From: Nemertoderma westbladi | Taxonomy: Eukaryota; Animalia; Xenacoelomorpha | Length of the DNA: 64,000 nucleotides | NCBI GenBank assembly: GCA_032718475.1 | Contig: JAUCBJ010008363.1 | Span: 248,001 to 312,000 of the forward strand | Direction of reading: 5' to 3' | Shown: piece by piece, positions 25,301 to 37,456 of the stretch | Numbering within the stretch: the first letter of the stretch is position 1 | How the letters are laid out: each line of letters starts with the position of its first letter | Translations under genes and position numbers: made by a program | Notes under the pieces: generated by a model | Databases searched by the model: none | The model's input: the letters and a program-made list of their open reading frames with translations, nothing else | What the model was told of the DNA's origin: nothing

Positions 25301-28300
25301 TGAATATAATGAGTATTAAATCCTTGTCAAAATCCTTGGTGTTTTTCAGCAACAATTTATTAAAATCTCTTTTGATTTTTTACAAAAAACGACATCGATT
25401 TTCATATTTATAACTTCTAACCCACCCCAAGAGATAGACAATCTTAAACGAAAGTCAAAAGAACAGGTAACACTTACATTTATAGAAGTAATCAGCTATT
25501 CTTTGCTTCGCCTTTCCTCTGGAGATGGATGAATTTTGATTCCGTTGGAACACCCCCTTTTTGAGGCTCTAAGAGTGAAGAGATAAGTAGCCTATTTCCG
25601 TGTTAATATTGTTCTGTTGTACAATATTTATTATAGTTTCATCGTATTGCCAAAGCGGCTGGAGCCGAAGTTAATATGTGATACAATAATTAACCTCAAA
25701 TTTCTCAGCTATTTCATGAATATAATGAGTATTAAAGCCATGTCAAAATCCTTGGGGTTTTTCAGCAATAATTTATCAAAATATCCTCAGATTTTTTTCA
25801 AAAACCACATCGATTTTCATATTTATAACTTCTAACCCACTCCATGAGATAGAGAATCTTAAATGAAAGTCAAAAGAACAGGTAACACTTACATTTATAG
25901 AAGTAATCAGCTGTTCTTTGCTTCGTCTTTCCCCTGGAGATGGATGAATTTTGATTGCGTCGGAACACCCCCTTTCTGAGGCTTTCAGAGTGAAGAGAAA
26001 AGTAGCCTATCTCCCTGTTAATATTGTTGTGTTCTAGAATATTTATTATAGTTTCATCGTATTGCCAAAGCGGCTGGAGCCAAAGTTAATATGTAATGCA
26101 ATAATTCACCTCAAATTTCTCAGCTATTTCATGAATATAATGAGTATTAAAGCCATGTCAAAATCCTTGGGGTTTTTTTCAGCAATAATTTATCAAAATA
26201 TCCTCTGATTTATTTTAAAAACCACATCGATTTTCATATTTATAACTTCTAACCCACTCCACGAGATAGATAATCTTAAACGAAAGTCATAAGAACAGGT
26301 AACACTTTCATTTATAGAAGTAATCAGCTGTTATTTGCCTCGTCTTTCCCCAGGAGATAGATGAATTTTGATTGCGTCAGAACACCCCCTTTTTGAGGCT
26401 CTCAGAGTGAAGAGATAAGTAGCCTATTTCCCTGTTAATATTGTTTTGTTGTAGAATATTTATTATAGCTTCATCTTTATTGCTAATGTGGCTGGAGTTA
26501 AAGTTATTATGTAATGCAATAATTCCCCTCAAATATCTCAGTTTTTTCATGAATATAATAAAGTATTAAAGCCATGTCAAAATCCTTGGGGTTTTTCAGC
26601 AATAATTTATCAAAATATCCTCAGATTTTTTACAAAAAACGACATCGATTTTCATATTTATAACTTCTAACCCACTCCACGAGATAGAGAATCTTAAACG
26701 AAAGTCATAAGAACAGGTAACACTTACATTTATAGAAGTAATCAGCTGTTCTTTGCTTCGTCTTTCCCCTGGAGATGGATGAATTTTGATTGCGTCGGAA
26801 CACCCCCTTTTTGAGGCTCTCAGAGTGAAGAGATAAGTAGCCTATCTCCCTGTTAATATTGTTGTATTCTAGAATATTTATTATAGTTTCATCATATTGC
26901 CAAAGCGGCTGGAGCCGAAGTTAATATGTGATACAATAATTCACCTCAAATTTCTCAGCTATTTCATGAATATAATGAGTATTAAAGCTATGTCAAAATC
27001 CTTGGGGTTTTTCAGAAATAATTTATCAAAATATCCTCAGGTTTTTTACAAAAAACGACATTGATTTTCATATTTATAACTTCTAACCCACTCCAGAGAT
27101 AGAGAATCTTAAACGAAAGTCATAAGAGCAGGTAACACTTAAATTTATAGAAGTAATCAGCTGTTCTTTGCTTCGTCTTTCCCCTGGAGATGGATGAATT
27201 TTGATTGTGTCAGAACACCCCCTTTTTGAGGCTCTCAGAGTGAAGAGATAAGTAGCCTATTTCCCTGTTAATATTGTTTTGTTGTAGAATATTTATTATA
27301 GCTTCATCTTTATTGCTAATGTGGCTGGAGTTAAAGTTATTATGTAATGCAATAATTCCCCTCAAATATCTCAGTTTTTTCATGAATATAATAAAGTATT
27401 AAAGCCATGTCAAAATCCTTGGGGTTTTTCAGCAATAATTTATCAAAATATCCTCAGATTTTTTACAAAAAACGACATCGATTTTCATATTTATAACTTC
27501 TAACCCACTCCACGAGATAGAGAATCTTAAACGAAAGTCATAAGAACAGGTAACACTTACATTTATAGAAGTAATCAGCTGTTCTTTGCTTCGTCTTTCC
27601 CCTGGAGATGGATGAATTTTGATTGCGTCGGAACACCCCGTTTTTGAGGCTCTCAGAGTGAAGAGATAAGTAGCCTATCTCCCTGTTAATATTGTTGTAT
27701 TCTAGAATATTTATTATAGTTTCATCATATTGCCAAAGCGGCTGGAGCCGAAATTAATATGTAATGCAATAATTCACCTCAAATTTCTCAGCTATTTCAT
27801 GAATATAATGAGTATTAAAGCCATGTCAAAATCCTTGGGGTTTTTCAGCAATAATTTATCAAAATATCCTCAGATTTTTTACAAAAAACCACATCGATTT
27901 TCATATTTATAACTTCTAACCCACTCCACGAGATAGAGAATCTTAAACGAAAGTCATAAGAACAGGTAACACTTACATTTATAGAAGTAATCAGCTGTTC
28001 TTTGCTTCGTCTTTCCCCAGCAGGTGGATGAATTTTGATTGTGTCGGAACACCCCCTTTTTGAGGCTCTCAGAGTGAAGAGATAAGTAGCCTATCTCCCT
28101 GTTAATATTGTTGTATTCTAGAATATTTATTATAGTTTCATCATATTGCCAAAGCGGCTGGAGCCGAAATTAATATGTAATGCAATAATTCACCTCAAAT
28201 TTCTCAGCTATTTCATGAATATAATGAGTATTAAAGCCATGTCAAAATCCTTGGGGTTTTTCAGCAATAATTTATCAAAATATCCTCAGATTTTTTACAA

Positions 28301-28777
28301 AAAACCACATCGATTTTCATATTTATAACTTCTAACCCACTCCACGAGATAGAGAATCTTAAACGAAAGTCATAAGAACAGGTAACACTTACATTTATAG
28401 AAGTAATCAGCTGTTCTTTGCTTCGTCTTTCCCCTGGAGATGGATGAATTTTGATTGCGTCGGAACACCCCCTTTCTGAGGCTTTCAGAGTGAAGAGAAA
28501 AGTAGCCTATCTCCCTGTTAATATTGTTGTGTTCTAGAATATTTATTATAGTTTCATCGTATTGCCAAAGCGGGTGGAGCCAAAGTTAATATGTAATGCA
28601 ATAATTCACCTCAAATTTCTCAGCTATTTCATGAATATAATGAGTATTAAAGCCATGTCAAAATCCTTGGGGTTTTTCAGCAATAATTTATCAAAATATC
28701 CTCTGATTTATTTCAAAAACCACATCGATTTTCATATTTATAACTTCTAACCCACTCCACGAGATAGATAATCTTAA
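22367..28777. repeat. ~416-bp satellite, segment 4
   Basis: Continuous monomers. 833-bp dimer duplication (22828 and 23661). Deletion-variant junction at 24311. Confidence 0.98.
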
Positions 28778-29255
28778 CCCTATCCATACCGGGGTACTTT
28801 AGACGCTCCACCTACCGGGGGGGGGACTTTTGGGGACGTAAAGTTTGGAAGCATATAACTTTGTGTGGTGTAATGATATCACTTTAAAGTAAAAAGTTTT
28901 AGATACAAAATTTATTCCTCTATCCAAATATGCCACACACTAATGCTGAAATATAATATTTATATACTATAATTATGTTTAAATTGATTTTAAATTTATA
29001 TTAAATTGATTGAATTTTAAATTTCCCGCCTATAATAGTTCAGCAATAATATGACAGTTTCAGAGACAGGTCAGTTTACGAGTCATTTTCATGGTCATAA
29101 ATAATAATATGAAAATTAATTTTTGTTTTAAGATAAAGAATAATAAATTTTAGGAAAAGTAACGGAATTTCACTTGCAATAAATGTGGTTTGGCTTTGAA
29201 CCAAGCAATCAAATAAAGTGCGTCTCCAAAAGTCCCCCCCCCGGTATGGATAGGG
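28778..29255. mobile_element. Non-autonomous piggyBac-like MITE C (478 bp)
   Basis: TTAA TSD at 28774-28777 and 29256-29259. Perfect 17-bp TIR CCCTATCCATACCGGGG. Subterminal inverted repeat ACCGGGGGGGGGGACTTTTGGGGACG / CGTCTCCAAAAGTCCCCCCCCCGGT. AT-rich interior. Empty site at 32587-32590. Confidence 0.93.
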
Positions 29256-32200
29256 TTAAACGAAAGTCATAAGAACAGGTAACACTTTCATTTATAGAAG
29301 TAATCAGCTGTTATTTGCCTCGTCTTTCCCCAGGAGATGGATGAATTTTGATTGCGTCAGAACACCCCCTTTTTGAGGCTCTCAGAGTGAAGAGATAAGT
29401 AGCCTATTTCCCTGTTAATATTGTTCTGTTGTAGAATATTTATTATAGCTTCATCTTTATTGCTAATGTGGCTGGAGTTAAAGTTATTATGTAATTCAAT
29501 AATTCCCCTCAAATATCTCAGTTTTTTCATGAATATAATAAAGTATTAAAGCCATGTCAAAATCCTTGGGGTTTTTCAGCAATAATTTATCAATATATCC
29601 TCAGATTTTTTACAAAAAACGACATCGATTTTCATATTTATAACTTCTAACCCACTCCACGAGATAGAGAATCTTAAACGAAAGTCATAAGAACAGGTAA
29701 CACTTACATTTATAGAAGTAATCAGCTGTTCTTTGCTTCGTCTTTCCCCTGGAGATGGATGAATTTTGATTGCGTCGGAACACCCCCTTTTTGAGGCTCT
29801 CAGAGTGAAGAGATAAGTAGCCTATCTCCCTGTTAATATTGTTGTATTCTAGAATATTTATTATAGTTTCATCATATTGCCAAAGCGGCTGGAGCCGAAG
29901 TTAATATGTGATACAATAATTCACCTCAAATTTCTCAGCTATTTCATGAATATAATGAGTATTAAAGCTATGTCAAAATCCTTGGGGTTTTTCAGAAATA
30001 ATTTATCAAAATATCCTCAGGTTTTTTACAAAAAACGACATTGATTTTCATATTTATAACTTCTAACCCACTCCACGAGATAGAGAATCTTAAACGAAAG
30101 TCATAAGAACAGGTAACACTTTCATTTATAGAAGTAATCAGCTGTTATTTGCTTCGTCTTTCCCCAGGAGATGGATGAAATTTGATTGCGTCGGAACACC
30201 CCCTTTTTGAGGCTCTCAGAGTGGAGAGAAAAGTAGCCTATCTCCCTGTTAATATTGTTGTATTCTAGAATATTTATTATAGTTTCATCATATTGCCAAA
30301 GCGGCTGGAGCTAAAGTTAATATGTGATACAATAATTCACCTCAAATTTCTCAGCTATTTCATGAATATAATGAGTATTAAAGCCATGTTAAAATCCTTG
30401 GAGTTTTTCAGCAATAGTTTATCAAAATATCCTCAGATTTTTTTCAAAAACCACATCGATTTTCATATTTATAACTTCTAACCCACTCCATGAGATAGAT
30501 AATCTTAAACGAAAGTCATAAGAACAGGTAACACTTTCATTTATAGAAGTAATCAGCTGTTATTTGCTTCGTCTTTCCCCAGGAGATGGATGAAATTTGA
30601 TTGCGTCGGAACACCCCCTTTTTGAGGCTCTCAGAGTGGAGAGAAAAGTAGCCTATCTCCCTGTTAATATTGTTCTGTTGTAGAATATTTATTATAGCTT
30701 CATCTTTATTGCTAATGTGGCTGGAGTTAAAGTTATTATGTAATGCAATAATTCCCCTCAAATATCTCAGTTTTTTCATGAATATAATAAAGTATTAAAG
30801 CCATGTCAAAATCCTTGGGGTTTTTCAGCAATAATTTATCAAAATATCCTCAGATTTTTTACAAAAAACGACATCGATTTTCATATTTATAACTTCTAAC
30901 CCACTCCACGAGATAGAGAATCTTAAACGAAAGTCATAAGAACAGGTAACACTTACATTTATAGAAGTAATCAGCTGTTCTTTGCTTCGTCTTTCCCCTG
31001 GAGATGGATGAATTTTGATTGCGTCGGAACACCCCCTTTTTGAGGCTCTCAGAGTGAAGAGATAAGTAGCCTATCTCCCTGTTAATATTGTTGTATTCTA
31101 GAATATTTATTATAGTTTCATCATATTGCCAAAGCGGATGGAGCCGAAGTTAATATGTGATACAATAATTCACCTCAAATTTCTCAGCTATTTCATGAAT
31201 ATAATGAGTATTAAAGCTATGTCAAAATCCTTGGGGTTTTTCAGAAATAATTTATCAAAATATCCTCAGGTTTTTTACAAAAAACGACATTGATTTTCAT
31301 ATTTATAACTTCTAACCCACTCCAGAGATAGAGAATCTTAAACGAAAGTCATAAGAGCAGGTAACACTTACATTTATAGAAGTAATCAGCTGTTCTTTGC
31401 TTCGTCTTTCCCCTGGAGATGGATGAATTTTGATTGTGTCAGAACACCCCCTTTTTGAGGCTCTCAGAGTGAAGAGATAAGTAGCCTATTTCCCTGTTAA
31501 TATTGTTTTGTTGTAGAATATTTATTATAGCTTCATCTTTATTGCTAATGTGGCTGGAGTTAAAGTTATTATGTAATGCAATAATTCCCCTCAAATATCT
31601 CAGTTTTTTCATGAATATAATAAAGTATTAAAGCCATGTCAAAATCCTTGGGGTTTTTCAGCAATAATTTATCAAAATATCCTCAGATTTTTTACAAAAA
31701 ACGACATCGATTTTCATATTTATAACTTCTAACCCACTCCACGAGATAGAGAATCTTAAACGAAAGTCATAAGAACAGGTAACACTTACATTTATAGAAG
31801 TAATCAGCTGTTCTTTGCTTCGTCTTTCCCCTGGAGATGGATGAATTTTGATTGCGTCGGAACACCCCCTTTTTGAGGCTCTCAGAGTGAAGAGATAAGT
31901 AGCCTATCTCCCTGTTAATATTGTTGTATTCTAGAATATTTATTATAGTTTCATCATATTGCCAAAGCGGCTGGAGCCGAAATTAATATGTAATGCAATA
32001 ATTCACCTCAAATTTCTCAGCTATTTCATGAATATAATGAGTATTAAAGCCATGTCAAAATCCTTGGGGTTTTTCAGCAATAATTTATCAAAATATCCTC
32101 AGATTTTTTACAAAAAACCACATCGATTTTCATATTTATAACTTCTAACCCACTCCACGAGATAGAGAATCTTAAACGAAAGTCATAAGAACAGGTAACA

Positions 32201-35200
32201 CTTACATTTATAGAAGTAATCAGCTGTTCTTTGCTTCGTCTTTCCCCTGGAGATGGATGAATTTTGATTGCGTCGGAACACCCCCTTTCTGAGGCTTTCA
32301 GAGTGAAGAGAAAAGTAGCCTATCTCCCTGTTAATATTGTTGTGTTCTAGAATATTTATTATAGTTTCATCGTATTGCCAAAGCGGCTGGAGCCAAAGTT
32401 AATATGTAATGCAATAATTCACCTCAAATTTCTAAGCTATTTCATGAATATAATGAGTATTAAAGCCATGTCAAAATCCTTGGGGTTTTTCAGCAATAAT
32501 TTATCAAAATATCCTCTGATTTATTTCAAAAACCACATCGATTTTCATATTTATAACTTCTAACCCACTCCACGAGATAGATAATCTTAAACGAAAGTCA
32601 TAAGAACAGGTAACACTTTCATTTATAGAAGTAATCAGCTGTTATTTGCCTCGTCTTTCCCCAGGAGATGGATGAATTTTGATTGCGTCAGAACACCCCC
32701 TTTTTGAGGCTCTCAGAGTGAAGAGATAAGTAGCCTATTTCCCTGTTAATATTGTTCTGTTGTAGAATATTTATTATAGCTTCATCTTTATTGCTAATGT
32801 GGCTGGAGTTAAAGTGATTATGTAATGCAATAATTCCCCTCAAATATCTCAGTTTTTTCATGAATATAATAAAGTATTAAAGCCATGTCAAAATCCTTGG
32901 GGTTTTTCAGCAATAATTTATCAAAATATCCTCAGATTTTTTACAAAAAACGACATCGATTTTCATATTTATAACTTCTAACCCACTCCACGAGATAGAG
33001 AATCTTAAACGAAAGTCATAAGAACAGGTAACACTTACATTTATAGAAGTAATCAGCTGTTCTTTGCTTCGTCTTTCCCCTGGAGATGGATGAATTTTGA
33101 TTGCGTCGGAACACCCCCTTTTTGAGGCTCTCAGAGTGGAGAGAAAAGTAGCCTATCTCCCTGTTAATATTGTTGTATTCTAGAATATTTATTATAGTTT
33201 CATCATATTGCCAAAGCGGCTGGAGCTAAAGTTAATATGTGATACAATAATTCACCTCAAATTTCTCAGCTATTTCATGAATATAATGAGTATTAAAGCT
33301 ATGTCAAAATCCTTGGGGTTTTTCAGAAATAATTTATCAAAATATCCTCAGGTTTTTTACAAAAAACGACATTGATTTTCATATTTATAACTTCTAACCC
33401 ACTCCACGAGATAGAGAATCTTAAACGAAAGTCATAAGAACAGGTAACACTTTCATTTATAGAAGTAATCAGCTGTTATTTGCTTCGTCTTTCCCCAGGA
33501 GATGGATGAAATTTGATTGCGTCGGAACACCCCCTTTTTGAGGCTCTCAGAGTGGAGAGAAAAGTAGCCTATCTCCCTGTTAATATTGTTGTATTCTAGA
33601 ATATTTATTATAGTTTCATCATATTGCCAAAGCGGCTGGAGCTAAAGTTAATATGTGATACAATAATTCACCTCAAATTTCTCAGCTATTTCATGAATAT
33701 AATGAGTATTAAAGCCATGTTAAAATCCTTGGAGTTTTTCAGCAATAGTTTATCAAAATATCCTCAGATTTTTTTCAAAAACCACATCGATTTTCATATT
33801 TATAACTTCTAACCCACTCCATGAGATAGATAATCTTAAACGAAAGTCATAAGAACAGGTAACACTTTCATTTATAGAAGTAATCAGCTGTTATTTGCTT
33901 CGTCTTTCCCCAGGAGATGGATGAAATTTGATTGCGTCGGAACACCCCCTTTTTGAGGCTCTCAGAGTGGAGAGAAAAGCAGCCTATCTCCCTGTTAATA
34001 TTGTTCTGTTGTAGAATATTTATTATAGCTTCATCTTTATTGCTAATGTGGCTGGAGTTAAAGTTATTATGTAATGCAATAATTCCCCTCAAATATCTCA
34101 GTTTTTTCATGAATATAATAAAGTATTAAAGCCATGTCAAAATCCTTGGGGTTTTTCAGCAATAATTTATCAAAATATCCTCAGATTTTTTACAAAAAAC
34201 GACATCGATTTTCATATTTATAACTTCTAACCCACTCCACGAGATAGAGAATCTTAAACGAAAGTCATAAGAACAGGTAACACTTACATTTATAGAAGTA
34301 ATCAGCTGTTCTTTGCTTCGTCTTTCCCCTGGAGATGGATGAATTTTGATTGCGTCGGAACACCCCCTTTTTGAGGCTCTCAGAGTGAAGAGATAAGTAG
34401 CCTATCTCCCTGTTAATATTGTTGTATTCTAGAATATTTATTATAGTTTCATCATATTGCCAAAGCGGTTGGAGCCGAAGTTAATATGTGATACAATAAT
34501 TCACCTCAAATTTCTCAGCTATTTTATGAATATAATGAGTATTAAAGCTACGTCAAAATCCTTGGGGTTTTTCAGAAATAATTTATCAAAATATCCTCTG
34601 ATTTTTTTCAAAAAACACATCGATTTTCATATTTATAACTTCTAACCCACTCCACGAGATAGGGAATCTTAAACGAAAGTCCTAAGAACAAGTAACACTT
34701 TCATTTATAGAAGTAATCAGCTGTTATTTGCTTCGTCTTTCCCCAGGAGATGGAAGAAATTTGATTGCGTCGGAACACCCCCTTTTTGATGCTCTCAGAG
34801 TGGAGAGAAAAGTAGCCTATCACCCTGTAAATATTTTTGTGTTCTAGAATATTTATTATAGTTTCATCGTATTGCCAAAGCGGCTGGAGCCGAAATTAAA
34901 ATGTAATGCAATAATTCACCTCAAATATCTCAGCTATTTCATGAATATAATGAGTATTAAATCCTTGTCAAAATCCTTGGTGTTTTTCAGCAATAATTTA
35001 TTAAAATCTCTTTTGATTTTTTACAAAAAACGACATCGATTTTCATATTTATAACTTCTAACCCACTCCAAGAGATAGACAATCTTAAACGAAAGTCAAA
35101 AGAACAGGTAACACTTACATTTATAGAAGTAATCAGCTATTCTTTGCTTCGCCTTTCCCCTGGAGATGGATGAATTTTGATTGCGTCGGAACACCCCCTT

Positions 35201-37456
35201 TTTGAGGCTCTCAGAGTGGACAGATAAGTAGCCTATTTCCCTGTTAATATTGTTCTGTTGTAGAATATTTATTATAGTTTCATCGTATTGCTAATGTGGC
35301 TGGAGTTAAAGTTATTATGTAATGCAATAATTCACCTCAAATATCTCAGTTATTTCAAGAACATAATGAAGTATTAAAGACATGTCAAAATCCTTGGGGT
35401 TTTTCAGCAATAATTTATCTAAAAATCCTCAGATTTTTTACAAAAAACGACATCGATTTTCATATTTATAACTTCTAACCCACTCCACGAGATAGAGAAT
35501 CTTAAACGAAAGTTATAAGAACAGGTAACACTTACATTTATAGAAGTAATCAGCTGTTAATTGCTTCGTCTTTCCCCAGGAGATGGATGAATTTTGATTG
35601 CGTCGGAACACCCCCTTTCTGAGGCTCTCAGAGTGGAGAGATAAGTAGCCTATCTCCCTGTTAATATTGTTGTGTTCTAGAATTTTTATTATAGTTTCAT
35701 CGTATTGCCAAAGCGGCTGGAGCCAAAGTTAATATGTAATGCAATAATTTACCTCAAATTTCTCAGCTATTTCATGAATATAATGAGTATTAAATCCTTG
35801 TCAAAATCCTTGGTGTTTTTCAGCAATAATTTATTAAAATCTCCTTTGATTTTTTACAAAAAACGACATCGATTTTCATATTCATCACTTCTAACCCACT
35901 CCAAGAGATAGACAATCTTAAACGAAAGTCAAAAAAACAGGTAACACTTACATCTATAGAAGTAATCAGCTATTCTTTGCTTCGCCTTTCCTCTGGAGAT
36001 GGATGAATTTTGATTCCGTCGGAACACCCCCTTTTTGAGGCTCTAAGAGTGAAGAGATAAGTAGCCTATTTCCGTGTTGATATTGTTCTGTTGTACAATA
36101 TTTATTATAGTTTCATCGTATTGCCAAAGCGGCTAGAGCCGAAGTTATTATGTGATACAATAATTAACCTCAAATTTCTCAGCTATTTCATGAATATAAT
36201 GAGTATTAAAGCCATGTCAAAATCCTTGGGGTTTTTCAGCAATAATTTATCAAAATATCCTCTGATTTTTTTCAAAAACCACATCGATTTTCATATATGT
36301 AACTTCTAACCCACTCCATAAGATAGAGAATCTTAAATGAAAGTCAAAAGAACAGGTAACACTGGTAACACAGTGAAGAGATTAGTAGCCTATCTCCCTG
36401 TTAATATTGTTGTGTTCTAGAATATTTATTATAGTTTCTTTGTATTGCCAAAGAGACTGGAGCTGAAGTTAATATATAATGCAACAATTCACCTCAAGTA
36501 TCTCAGCTATTTCATGAACATAATGAAGTATTAAAGACATGTCAAAATCCTTGGTGTTTTTCAGCAATAATTAATCATAATATCCTTTGATTTTTTTCAA
36601 AAACCACATCGATTTTCATATTCATGACTTCTATCCCAGTCCACAAGATAAAGAATCTTAAACGAAAGTCAAAAAACAGGTAACACTTACATTAGAAGTA
36701 ATCAGCTGTTATTTGCTTCGTCTTTCCCCTGGAGGTGGTTAAATTTTGATTGTGTCAAAACACCCCTCCCAATCTGTGGCTGTCTGAGTGGAGAGATAAG
36801 TAGCCTATCTCCCTGTTAATCTTGTTGTGGTCTAGAATATTTATTATAGTTTCATCGTATTGCCAAAGCGGCTGGAGCCAAGGTTAATATGTATTGCAAT
36901 AATTCATCTCAAATTTCTCAGCTATTTCATGAATATAATGAGTATTAAAGCCATGTTAAAATCCTTGGAGTTTTTCAGCAATAGTTTATCAAAATATCCT
37001 CAGATTTTTTTCAAAAACCACATCGATTTTCATATTTATAACTTCTAACCCAATCCATGAGATAGATAATCTTAAACGAAAGTCATAAGAACAGGTAACA
37101 CTTTCATTTATAGAAGTAATCAGCTGTTATTTGCTTCGTCTTTCCCCAGGAGATGGATGAAATTTGATTGCGTCGGAACACCCCCATTTTGAGGCTCTCA
37201 GAGTGGAGAGAAAAGTAGCCTATTACCCTGTAAATATTGTTGTGTTCTAGAATATTTATTATAGTTTCATCGTATTGCCAAAGCGGCTGGAGCCGAAATT
37301 AAAATGTAATGTAATAATTCACCTCAAATATCTCAGCTATTTCATGAATATAATGAGTATTAAATCCTTGTCAAAATCCTTGGTGTTTTTCAGCAACAAT
37401 TTATTAAAATCTCTTTTGATTTTTTACAAAAAACGACATCGATTTTCATATTTATA
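29256..37456. repeat. ~416-bp satellite, segment 5, with an 8-mer (3331-bp) higher-order repeat
   Basis: Matching variant monomers at 30293 and 33624. The 35705-37456 stretch matches 23661-25412 at a 12,044-bp offset. Confidence 0.97.
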
